From Kofleriaceae bacterium (GTDB taxonomy: Bacteria > Myxococcota_A > Polyangia > Haliangiales > Haliangiaceae): a stretch of DNA of 15,947 bases. The notes under the pieces are model-generated. The model was not told the DNA's origin, made no database searches, and worked only from the letters and a program-made list of their open reading frames with translations. This document shows, piece by piece, positions 8,407 to 15,947 of the stretch; the first letter of the stretch is position 1, and each line of letters begins with the position of its first letter. The stretch spans positions 1 through 15,947 of the forward strand of contig JBKJLC010000291.1 in NCBI GenBank assembly GCA_046597055.1. The letters are read 5' to 3'. The position numbers and the translations under genes were made by a program.

Positions 8407-10080
8407 ATGAACGAGCTCGAGCGGATCGCGCGCGAAAGTGCCGCGCTGGTGGCGGCCGGGTCGCCGTTCTTGCTGGCGACCGTGGTGCGCGTGTCGGGCT
8501 CGTCATACCGGCGCCCGGGCGCGCGCATGCTGGTCGCCGGCGAGCGCTGGCTGGCCGGGTGCGTCAGCGGCGGCTGCCTCGAGGGCGACGTGATGCTGCG
8601 CGGCGGGTTCCGCTGTCGCGACGGGCCGGTGGTGGTCACCTACGACTCGACCAGCGACGACGACGCCCCGTGGAGCGTCGGGCTCGGGTGCAACGGCATC
8701 GTCGAGGTGCTGCTCGAGCACGTCGCGGCCGGCGCCGATCACGACGCGCTGCGGTTTGCCCGCGGCTGCTTCGCCGGCGAGGTCGCTGGCACGCTGGTGA
8801 CGGTGATCGGCTCGACCCGCGCGACCGTCCCGGTCGGGGCGCGACTCGCGATCGGCCCCGACTGCGAGCTGACCCAGCCGGTGCGCGACCCTGCCGTGGC
8901 GGCTGCGCTCGCGCAGGCCGCACGCGGGCCGGTCGGCGTGGTCGAGCTCGCCGGGCTCGGCATCACCGCGCTGGTCGAGGCGATCACGCCGTCGCCGCAG
9001 CTGTTCGTGCTCGGCAGTGGCCACGACGCGGCGCCGATCGTGGCGCTGGCGCAGTCGGTCGGGTTCCGGGTCACGGTCGCCGATCACGCGATCCGCGAGG
9101 GCTCGCGGTTCCTCGCCGCCGACCGGATGATCTCGACCGCCGGCGCGACCGATCGGCTCGGCGCGCTGGTCGATGCCGCCGCCGAGGCCTACGTCGTGAT
9201 CATGCACCACCAGATCGGCGCCGATCGCGACGCGCTGGCGATGGCGATGGCGTCGCGGGCTCGCTACATCGGGGTGCTGGGGCCGGCGCGCCGCACGCAC
9301 GATCTCCTGGCCGAGCTTGGCCGGCGGCCCGGCGACGATCCGCGGCTGCACGCGCCGATCGGGCTGGACGTCGGCGCCGAGACCCCCGAGCAGATCGCGC
9401 TCGCGATCGTCGGCGAGCTGCAGGCGGTCACCCGCCAGGCCCGCGGCGGCAAGCTGCGCGACCGGATCCGCGCGGTGCACGCCGAGGTCGCCACGGTGGT
9501 GCTGGCCGCCGGGGGCTCGCGTCGGCTGGGCCGGCCCAAGCAGCTGGTCGAGCTCGACGGACAGACGCTGGTGAGCCGGGTCGCCGCGGCGTGCGTCGCG
9601 ACCCGGGCCGGGCCGGTCGCGGTCGTGCTCGGCGCCGGCGCGGCCGAGATCGCGCGCGCGCTCGGCGAGCTGCCGGTCGCGCCGCTGATCAACGAGGCCT
9701 GGCACGACGGCATCGCGTCGTCGATCCGGGCCGCGGTGCGCTGGGCCGAGACCACCCGCGCCGGTGCGCTGCTGATCACGCTGGCGGATCAGCCGCTGCT
9801 CACGGCCGCGCACCTCACCGCGCTGCGCGACGCATGGCTGGCCGGCGCGCCGATCGCCGCCTCGCGCTGGGACGGCACCGTCGGCGCGCCCGCGGTGTTC
9901 GACCGCGCGCGCTGGCCCGAGCTGGCGCGGCTCGAGGGCGATCAGGGCGCGGCCCGGCTGGTCCGCGGCGACGACGTGGTCGCGATCGACTGGGCCGGTG
10001 GGGCGGTCGACGTCGACACCCCCGACGACGTGCGCGCGCTGGGCGCGCGCCAGGATGACGTCGGTCGTCCCGAGCGCTAG
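8407..10080 (+). CDS. xdhC: Fusion of an XdhC/CoxI-family Moco chaperone and a MocA-type molybdenum cofactor cytidylyltransferase, 557 aa
   Basis: XdhC part: ATVVRVSGSSYRRPGARML, VSGGCLEGD, GLGCNG, VLGSGHDA, YIGVLGP and APIGLDVGAETPEQIALAIVGEL. From about aa 360, nucleotidyltransferase motifs: VVLAAGGSRRLGRPKQL, GIASSI, LADQP, GDQGA and DVDTPDD. No stop codon between the two parts. Confidence 0.9.
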   Translation: MNELERIARESAALVAAGSPFLLATVVRVSGSSYRRPGARMLVAGERWLAGCVSGGCLEGDVMLRGGFRCRDGPVVVTYDSTSDDDAPWSVGLGCNGIVEVLLEHVAAGADHDALRFARGCFAGEVAGTLVTVIGSTRATVPVGARLAIGPDCELTQPVRDPAVAAALAQAARGPVGVVELAGLGITALVEAITPSPQLFVLGSGHDAAPIVALAQSVGFRVTVADHAIREGSRFLAADRMISTAGATDRLGALVDAAAEAYVVIMHHQIGADRDALAMAMASRARYIGVLGPARRTHDLLAELGRRPGDDPRLHAPIGLDVGAETPEQIALAIVGELQAVTRQARGGKLRDRIRAVHAEVATVVLAAGGSRRLGRPKQLVELDGQTLVSRVAAACVATRAGPVAVVLGAGAAEIARALGELPVAPLINEAWHDGIASSIRAAVRWAETTRAGALLITLADQPLLTAAHLTALRDAWLAGAPIAASRWDGTVGAPAVFDRARWPELARLEGDQGAARLVRGDDVVAIDWAGGAVDVDTPDDVRALGARQDDVGRPER

Positions 10081-11330
10081 CCCGGGCCCGGCGGACCGGC
10101 CACGCGCGGGAGAATGACGGTGAACGTGCTGCCCTCGCCGGGCTCGCTCGCGACATCGACCGTGCCGCCGTGCAGCTCGACCAGGCGCTTGGTCAGCGCG
10201 AGCCCGAGCCCGGTGCCCTCTGGCTTGTGACCACCGCCGGCGTCGAGTTGCTCGAACTCGCGGAACAGACGCGGCAGATCGCGGCTGCGGATCCCGATGC
10301 CGCTGTCGGCGACCGAGAGCACCAGCTGCGTCGGGTCGCTGGTCGCTCGCAGCTGCACCCAGCCGCCGCGAGGCGTGAACTTGATCGCGTTCGACAGCAG
10401 GTTGTAGAGCACTTGCCGCAGTCGGACTGCGTCCACGTACAGGTCGGGCAGCTCCGGTAGGTCGATCTCGACCGTGACGCCCTGCTTGAGCGCCAGCGGC
10501 GCGATCGCGCCGCGCACGGCGTCGACCACCACCGCGGGCGCGATCCACTCGCGACGGAGCTCCATCCGACCCGCCTCGATCTTCGACAGATCGAGGAAGT
10601 CATTGACCAGGCTGAGCAGGTGGCGCCCGCTCTGCAGCACGTGCCCGACGTACTCGTGCTGGGTGGGCGCGAGCGGGCCCGCGATCTCCTGCTCGAGCAG
10701 CTCCGTGAACCCGATGATCGCGTTGAGCGGCGTCCGCAGCTCGTGGGACATGCCGGCCAGGAACGACGACTTGAACTGGCTCTCGCGCTCGGCGCGAGCG
10801 CGGGCGCTCTCGAGCTCCAGGTTCTTGTTCTCGAGATCGACCAGCAGCCCGGCACGCGCGGCGGCGAGCTCGCGGGCGGCCTGCTCGCTGCGGCGTAGCT
10901 CGGCGGACTGGCGCTGGATGAGGTCGTTCTTCTTGGCCAGCTCGACGAACACCGAGACCTTCGAGCGCAGCGTCGTCGCCTCGAGCGGCTTGAACATGTA
11001 GTCGACCGCGCCGACCGCGTAGCCGCGGATCATCTGGGCGTCAGCCTTGTCGCCGGCGGTCAGGAAGATGATCGGCGTGTGGCGGCAGCGCGGGCGAGCC
11101 CGGATGTAGCGCGCCGTCTCGTAGCCATCCATCAGCGGCATCTGCACGTCGAGCAAGATCACCGCGAAGTCGTCGGCGAGCAGCCGCCGCAGCGCCTCGG
11201 CGCCGGTGCTGGCCTTCACCAGGTTCTGACCGAGGTCCTCGAGGACGGCCTCGAGGGCGAGGAGCCCCTCGGGCTGGTCGTCGACCAGCAAGATGTTCAC
11301 CGGCTCGGAGGCAAGATCTTCGTCCGGCAT
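10077..11330 (-). CDS. Cytoplasmic hybrid histidine kinase (REC, coiled coil, HisKA, HATPase_c), about 417 aa
   Basis: REC motifs ILLVDD, LLDVQMP, IFLTA and DYMFKP. H-box MSHELRTPLNAI, N-box NLLSNAIKFT, G1 DSGIG and G2 GTGLGL. No transmembrane segment. Start uncertain (11330 preferred; 11369 or 11399 possible). Its stop overlaps the convergent xdhC stop within CTAG. Confidence 0.92.
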   Translation of the reverse strand: MPDEDLASEPVNILLVDDQPEGLLALEAVLEDLGQNLVKASTGAEALRRLLADDFAVILLDVQMPLMDGYETARYIRARPRCRHTPIIFLTAGDKADAQMIRGYAVGAVDYMFKPLEATTLRSKVSVFVELAKKNDLIQRQSAELRRSEQAARELAAARAGLLVDLENKNLELESARARAERESQFKSSFLAGMSHELRTPLNAIIGFTELLEQEIAGPLAPTQHEYVGHVLQSGRHLLSLVNDFLDLSKIEAGRMELRREWIAPAVVVDAVRGAIAPLALKQGVTVEIDLPELPDLYVDAVRLRQVLYNLLSNAIKFTPRGGWVQLRATSDPTQLVLSVADSGIGIRSRDLPRLFREFEQLDAGGGHKPEGTGLGLALTKRLVELHGGTVDVASEPGEGSTFTVILPRVAGPPGPG

Positions 11331-11440
11331 GGGCGAGGGGCTCACAGCGGATCGACGGGACCCGCGCATCACGTATATCACCGTTCTCCCTGACGCCAAC
11401 GCGCGGGCGCGACGACGCGAAGGCGCTACCCTCGGCGCCC

Positions 11441-12571
11441 ATGACCCGCGATCCCGTGTCCGCGCGCATCGTCGAGGAGGCGCTGCGCGCCGCCGCTGCC
11501 CGCCGCCTGCCTGCCGAGGCGCTGGGCGGCGCGACGTTGACCGCCGCCGTGGTCGAACGATCGCGCCGCTACACCAGCGATCGCGCGCGCCTGGCCGCGC
11601 CGGCCGGCGCCGCCGACCTCGCCGCGCGCGCGCTGTTCTTCACGATCGCCGATGCCAGCAAGGTGCACCTGCCCCTGGCCGAGCTGCACGGCGGGGCGTT
11701 GCCGGCGCCGACCGGCTTCCTGGCCGGGCCCGCGCTCGCGGTCCTCGACGTCGGCGCGGGCTGCGGGGCGATGACGCTGGGGCTCTTGACCTACCTGGCC
11801 GGCGCCGGCCTGCGCCCGCGGATCACGGCGACGCTGGTCGATCGCGACGGCGCCGCGCTGGCGATCGCGGCCGATGCGATCGCGGCGGTCGCGGCCGGGC
11901 TCGGGCTGACGGCGATCGTCACGACCCGCACGGCCGACGTCGCGACGCTGACCGCACGCGACCAGGATCTGGTCCTCGCCGGGTCGGTCCTGAACGAGCT
12001 CGCCGACCACGGCGCGCGCACGACGCTCGCGGCCCGGCTGGTCGCGATGCTCGCACCGACCGGCGTCGCGATCGTGGTCGAGCCCGCGCTGCGCGAGACC
12101 ACGCGCGCCCTGCACGCGGTGCGCGACGCGCTGATCGCGGCCGGCACCGCGATGGTGCTGGCGCCGTGCACCCGCCGGGACGCGCCGTGCCCGGCGCTGG
12201 CCGACGAGCGCGACTGGTGTCACGACCACCGGCCGGCGGTGTTGCCGCCGCGGGCCCGACAGCTCGCCACCGTCACCGGCCTGCGCGACGGCGACCTCAA
12301 GCTGGCGTACCTCGCGCTCGCCCATCCGGGCGCGGCGCCGGCGTCGCGTGCGTACCGCGTGGTCGCCGATCCGCAGGCGCTCAAGGGCAAGCACGAGCTG
12401 CTGCTGTGCGGCGCGCCAGGGTGGGTGCCGATCCGCCTGCTGCGCCGCCACCGCGCGGACGGCAACCGCGCGCTCGAGCGGGCCCACCGCGGCGACCTGC
12501 TGACGATCATGCCGGCGCCGGCGGGCGACGTCGGTCCCGACGCCGTGGTCACCGTTGCGCGCGTCGATTGA
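11441..12571 (+). CDS. Rsm22/METTL17-like class I SAM-dependent methyltransferase, 376 aa
   Basis: SAM motif [10 protein letters not shown], then [17 protein letters not shown] and [13 protein letters not shown]. Cys region [20 protein letters not shown]. Confidence 0.8.
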   Translation: MTRDPVSARIVEEALRAAAARRLPAEALGGATLTAAVVERSRRYTSDRARLAAPAGAADLAARALFFTIADASKVHLPLAELHGGALPAPTGFLAGPALAVLDVGAGCGAMTLGLLTYLAGAGLRPRITATLVDRDGAALAIAADAIAAVAAGLGLTAIVTTRTADVATLTARDQDLVLAGSVLNELADHGARTTLAARLVAMLAPTGVAIVVEPALRETTRALHAVRDALIAAGTAMVLAPCTRRDAPCPALADERDWCHDHRPAVLPPRARQLATVTGLRDGDLKLAYLALAHPGAAPASRAYRVVADPQALKGKHELLLCGAPGWVPIRLLRRHRADGNRALERAHRGDLLTIMPAPAGDVGPDAVVTVARVD

Positions 12572-12629
12572 GCTCGTCGTCCGCACCAAGGATGCGTACG
12601 ACAGGTCACGTCGCGAGCGCTGCCAGAAC

Positions 12630-12824
12630 CAGCTCGATGGCTCACACGAGCGCGCTTATGGCGGCGTCGGCCTCGGCCGCGCGCTGTTCAAGCGCCTGAC
12701 CGGCCTGCTCGGCGGCACGGTCGCGGTCGAGAGCGTGCTCGGGGTCGGCTCGACCTTCCCGGTCGATCTGCCAACCCGGCTCGCGCTGGCCACCAGCGAC
12801 GACCGCCGCGCCCCGACCGGCTGA
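12630..12824 (+). pseudogene. Remnant of a histidine kinase (C-terminal half of HATPase_c only)
   Basis: [48 protein letters not shown] matches the G2 box and the final strands. No H-box, N-box or intact G1 box upstream, and no convincing start codon. Confidence 0.7.
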
Positions 12825-12844
12825 GCGAGCGAGCGACCGACCGA

Positions 12845-14527
12845 TCAGAGCCGGCCGGCGACGACCAAGCCGCCGCCCCGGCGGTCGATCCACGGAGCGA
12901 TCTGCAGGCTGCGGCGCGCGGTGTTGGCGGTGCCGGGCTCGCCGCGGCGCAGGCGCGCGCGCAGGTCGCGGTTGTAGTCGGCGGCGAGCTCGCTCAGGAC
13001 GTGGGGCGGGGGCCGCCGGGTCGGCGTGAACTTGCCGATCAAGAGGATGCCGGTGCCGACCAGCGCGGCGGTGACGCCGATCTTCATCGCCGTGCCCTTG
13101 CGATGGAGGCAGGGGCTGAAGTCGGGGTCATAGACGTCCGGATCGCAGCGCTCGCCGGCGACCGCGTAGACGAAGCCGCCGACCGCGACGACGCCCCCGC
13201 CAACCATCATGATCTGACGCTGGAGCCGCCGCGCCTCCATTTGCTTTGCAAGGTCGACGCGGCCAGTGAGGCGGAGGAAGACCTCGGTGTCCAGCTTGCG
13301 CCGGTAGACGCCCTGGTAGACCTCGTTGACGCTCGCCAGCTTCGCCGACTGGTGCGGGCCCTGTTCGAGGACCAGCGTGCCGCCGACGGTCAGGTGCAGG
13401 CGGTCCCACTCGGCCTGGGCCGCGGGCGGCAGCGGCGCCTCGTCGTCGCGGGTGTCGGGTACCGGCGTCGTGCCCTTGCCGGCGACCCGGGCCGGCGCCA
13501 CCGTCGTCAGCGTCGACCAGCTGACGTCGGTCACCCCGCCGGCGTAGGCGGTGACGCGCCCGGCAACCTGGTCGGTGCCCTTCCACAGCCGGATCGCGTA
13601 GTCGCCCGGGGCGACCGCGATCGTGCGCACCTGATCGCGCGTGAGCTCCGCGATGATCTGATCGCGGCGGACGTGCACCAGCAGCGCGCGGGTGAAGCCG
13701 GCCGGCAGGCGCACGGTCGCGTTGCGAGTACCGACCTCGGTCAGCACCAGCTCGCCGCGACCCGACAGGCGGTAGTCGTAGTTGGGATGTTGCGGCTCGA
13801 GGCCGACCGCGGAGCTCGACGACACGGTGCGGTTGAACGCGTAGTCGTACCCCTCTGACAGCGTGACCCGTCCGTCGCCGGAGGCGTCGGCCGCGCCGCG
13901 CAACCCGCTGACCAGGTGGTGGGTGAAGAACGAGCCCCGGATCTCGTTCGATTCGAGCGCGGCCTCGTTGGCCGCGCTCGAGGTGAGCATCGCCTCGCCG
14001 CGGGTGGCCAGCTCGTCGGCGAGCCCGATCTCGAACGACGGGCCTGGGCTGCCGCCCTTGGTCTGGACCAGGTGGCCGCTCTTGCAGCCGTCGACCACGG
14101 CGACCCGCACGTCGGCGCCGCTGGCGGCCAGCCGGGCCTTGAGCTCGGCGTAGGTGAACAGCTGGCCGCCCAGCTCGAGCGCCTGCTCGTTCGAGTGTCC
14201 CGAGTAGAAGAAGAGCAGGATGACGCGGTCGTCGGGTGCGGCGCGGACCGCCTTCACCGCGCGGGTGGCGCGGGCGAGCGCGTCCTCGACCGCCGCCCGG
14301 TTCTTGCCCTGGACCAGGAACAGGTTGGCGGCGTCGACGTCGCCGAGGTCGATCAACACGTCGGCGAACTTGCCGGCGTCGTCCTCGGCAAACCGGAGCG
14401 GCGTCTGGGTGGCGCCGCCGGTGTTGTGCCCGACCACGACCGCGACCCGGCGGGTCTCGGCATGGGCGCGGGTGGCGACGGTGGTGACGGTGGCGAAGGC
14501 GAGGGCGGCGAGCAGCGTGCGGCTCAT
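12845..14527 (-). CDS. Exported caspase-family (Peptidase C14, ortho/metacaspase-like) protease with C-terminal accessory domains, 560 aa
   Basis: True start is ATG 14527, overlapping the upstream stop (ATGA). Signal peptide MSRTLLAALAFATVTTVATRAHA. Motifs RRVAVVVGHN and LRFAEDDA, catalytic dyad FFYSGH111 and VVDGC148KSG, and p10-like GSFFTHHLVSGLRGAAD..QHP. Confidence 0.9.
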   Translation of the reverse strand: MSRTLLAALAFATVTTVATRAHAETRRVAVVVGHNTGGATQTPLRFAEDDAGKFADVLIDLGDVDAANLFLVQGKNRAAVEDALARATRAVKAVRAAPDDRVILLFFYSGHSNEQALELGGQLFTYAELKARLAASGADVRVAVVDGCKSGHLVQTKGGSPGPSFEIGLADELATRGEAMLTSSAANEAALESNEIRGSFFTHHLVSGLRGAADASGDGRVTLSEGYDYAFNRTVSSSSAVGLEPQHPNYDYRLSGRGELVLTEVGTRNATVRLPAGFTRALLVHVRRDQIIAELTRDQVRTIAVAPGDYAIRLWKGTDQVAGRVTAYAGGVTDVSWSTLTTVAPARVAGKGTTPVPDTRDDEAPLPPAAQAEWDRLHLTVGGTLVLEQGPHQSAKLASVNEVYQGVYRRKLDTEVFLRLTGRVDLAKQMEARRLQRQIMMVGGGVVAVGGFVYAVAGERCDPDVYDPDFSPCLHRKGTAMKIGVTAALVGTGILLIGKFTPTRRPPPHVLSELAADYNRDLRARLRRGEPGTANTARRSLQIAPWIDRRGGGLVVAGRL

Positions 14528-15444
14528 GGGGTCGTGCGTTTCTGGGCGTCGGCGAGCGGACGCTTGGTCAGGTGGAACACGAGCGGGACCGCGCCGGGCA
14601 TCGCGAGCGCGCCGACCTGCGCGCGCCCGGGCTGGGCCCGCGCGTCGGTCGCGGTGAGGGCGTCGGCGAGCGTGAGCGGTTGGTCGGTGAGGAAGACGTA
14701 GAGCGCCTCGGCCCCGGGCACGTCGTCGAGCACGACGCTGTCGGCGAGCTCGACCGCGGTGCCCGGCGCCAGCGGCGCCGACTGGTCGCCGCCGAACGGG
14801 TAGTACACCGTGTGCACGCCGGCCCCGTCGCGCGAGACGATCAGCACGTGGCGCGCGCCAGCCGGCTCGATCACGAAACGCAGGGCGTCGCCGGGCGCGA
14901 CCTCGGCGCCGTCGGCCAGCTGCCAGATCCGATCGCCGCGCCGGGCGTGGACCTGCACCGAGCGGCCGCCCTTGTAGGCGACGGTGTCGGGGGTGGCGGT
15001 GCCCGCGCTCGCGCTCTCGAGCGGCCTGACGTGCGGCACCGGGGCGCGCGCCCCGGTGCGCGGGTCGTGCGCCGTGGCCAGCGGCTCGTGCGCCGACGTG
15101 GTCGGGCGGTGAGACGGGCGCACCACCACGAGCACGATCGCGACCGCCGCGAACGCGAGCACCGGCAGGACCAGCCGGGGCGGGAACCACCCCGTCAGCC
15201 ACGACTCGTTGGCGCTGGCGCGCTCGCGGATCGCCGGCAGCGTCCGGGGCAGCACCACCAGCTCGAACTGGCGGGCGACCGCGCGCGCCTGCTCGATCAG
15301 CGCGCGGCAGCGCGCACAGCGCTCGGTGTGCTCGCGCACCAGGGGCGGGATCGGATCGGCCACCAGCAGGCTGGCGACCTCGAGCTCGGTGAGGTGCTCG
15401 TCGGAGGCGCCGCTGATCGGGTGGTCGCGGGTGACGCCGCTCAT
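14524..15444 (-). CDS. Single-pass membrane zinc-binding anti-sigma factor (ZAS/zf-HC2) with an extracytoplasmic DUF4384-like domain, 306 aa
   Basis: Start ATG 15444 overlaps the sigma stop (ATGA). ZAS motif H17..H39xxxC43xxC46. TM helix LVLPVLAFAAVAIVLVVV, then a Pro/Thr/Ala linker. C-terminal GDALRFVIE..HVLIVSRDGAG..VYYP..LDDVPGAEALYVF. Confidence 0.8.
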   Translation of the reverse strand: MSGVTRDHPISGASDEHLTELEVASLLVADPIPPLVREHTERCARCRALIEQARAVARQFELVVLPRTLPAIRERASANESWLTGWFPPRLVLPVLAFAAVAIVLVVVRPSHRPTTSAHEPLATAHDPRTGARAPVPHVRPLESASAGTATPDTVAYKGGRSVQVHARRGDRIWQLADGAEVAPGDALRFVIEPAGARHVLIVSRDGAGVHTVYYPFGGDQSAPLAPGTAVELADSVVLDDVPGAEALYVFLTDQPLTLADALTATDARAQPGRAQVGALAMPGAVPLVFHLTKRPLADAQKRTTP

Positions 15445-15920
15445 GCTGCCGCTCTCGCCGCGAACTTGCGCGAGTTGGCCGCGAACGCCGCCAGCTTGTT
15501 GACCACGGTGCGCCGCGACACGTCCATCACTCGTGCGACCTCGCCCTGGTCGAGGCCGTCGACGTGGTGCAGCCACGCGATCGCGCGCTGATCTTCGGGG
15601 GCGCGCGCGATGAGCTGGACCACCAGATCGCGATCGCCGGGGTCGACGCCGACCGTACCGGTGTCGGGGATCTCGGCGACCGGGGTCGGTCGGTGCTTGC
15701 TGTTGCGCAGCTCGTTCAGGCAGTAGTTGGTCGCGATCCGCCAGATCCAGCGGATCGCCTCGTCGGCCGGCGGGGCGCGATCGAGGTGACGGAGCACGCG
15801 CATGAAGGTCTCCTGAGTCGCATCCTCGGCCGCGGCACGATCACCGAGCAGCCGGACGCACCGCCAGTAGATGGCGGGCCCGTACGAACGGTACAGGGCA
15901 GTGAGGCGATCGTCGTTCAA
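15441..15920 (-). CDS. ECF-subfamily sigma-70 factor, about 159 aa
   Basis: Region 2: LYRSYGPAIYWRC..AAEDATQETF..WIWRIATNYCLNELR. Region 4: DGLDQGEVARVMDVSRRTVVNKL. TTG 15920 has GGGAG 8 nt upstream. TTG 15935 or a start beyond the window edge is also possible. Confidence 0.92.
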   Translation of the reverse strand: MNDDRLTALYRSYGPAIYWRCVRLLGDRAAAEDATQETFMRVLRHLDRAPPADEAIRWIWRIATNYCLNELRNSKHRPTPVAEIPDTGTVGVDPGDRDLVVQLIARAPEDQRAIAWLHHVDGLDQGEVARVMDVSRRTVVNKLAAFAANSRKFAARAAA

Positions 15921-15947
15921 GGTGCGAGCTCCCAACCCCGGCGCAGG

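Noticed and set aside
7827..8639. N-terminal 271-aa extension of the 982-aa ORF (apparent giant IorB)
   Set aside because: It overlaps iorA in another frame and xdhC on the opposite strand. The Tat signal at GTG 7826 and the GTGA coupling define the real start.
10100..12780. Recent inverted duplication of the kinase 3' end flanking the methyltransferase gene
   Set aside because: Only about 55% amino-acid identity in the most conserved part of the HATPase_c family, and no long nucleotide identity was seen.
14528..15202. N-terminal extension of the 785-aa ORF (apparent anti-sigma/caspase fusion or frameshift)
   Set aside because: The extension is low-complexity out-of-frame translation of the anti-sigma gene. 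The signal peptide starts at ATG 14527 with an ATGA overlap.

Overview
High-GC, gene-dense chromosomal window, probably from a myxobacterium (inferred from Cys-rich lipoproteins, a VRDHR-motif protein and an ECF/caspase module; not verified). In order it holds: the 3' end of a Cys-rich protein; a lipoprotein with carboxypeptidase-regulatory-like repeats; a signal-peptide-bearing dikinase-like protein with the His domain placed before the ATP-grasp domain, as in glucan water dikinases; a secreted beta-rich protein; a REP/BIME-like palindrome cluster; a Tat-exported IorAB-type molybdo-oxidoreductase with a diheme cytochrome c lipoprotein, divergent from an XdhC-MocA fusion; a REC-HisKA-HATPase hybrid kinase; an Rsm22/METTL17-like methyltransferase; a histidine-kinase remnant; and a translationally coupled operon of ECF sigma, zinc anti-sigma and exported caspase-family protease. 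That operon is the best candidate for an under-described system, because the protease and the anti-sigma share a V-x-x-K-G linker motif that may be the cleavage site. No rRNA, tRNA, CRISPR array or transposase was seen. All family calls come from motif recognition by eye, not database searches.
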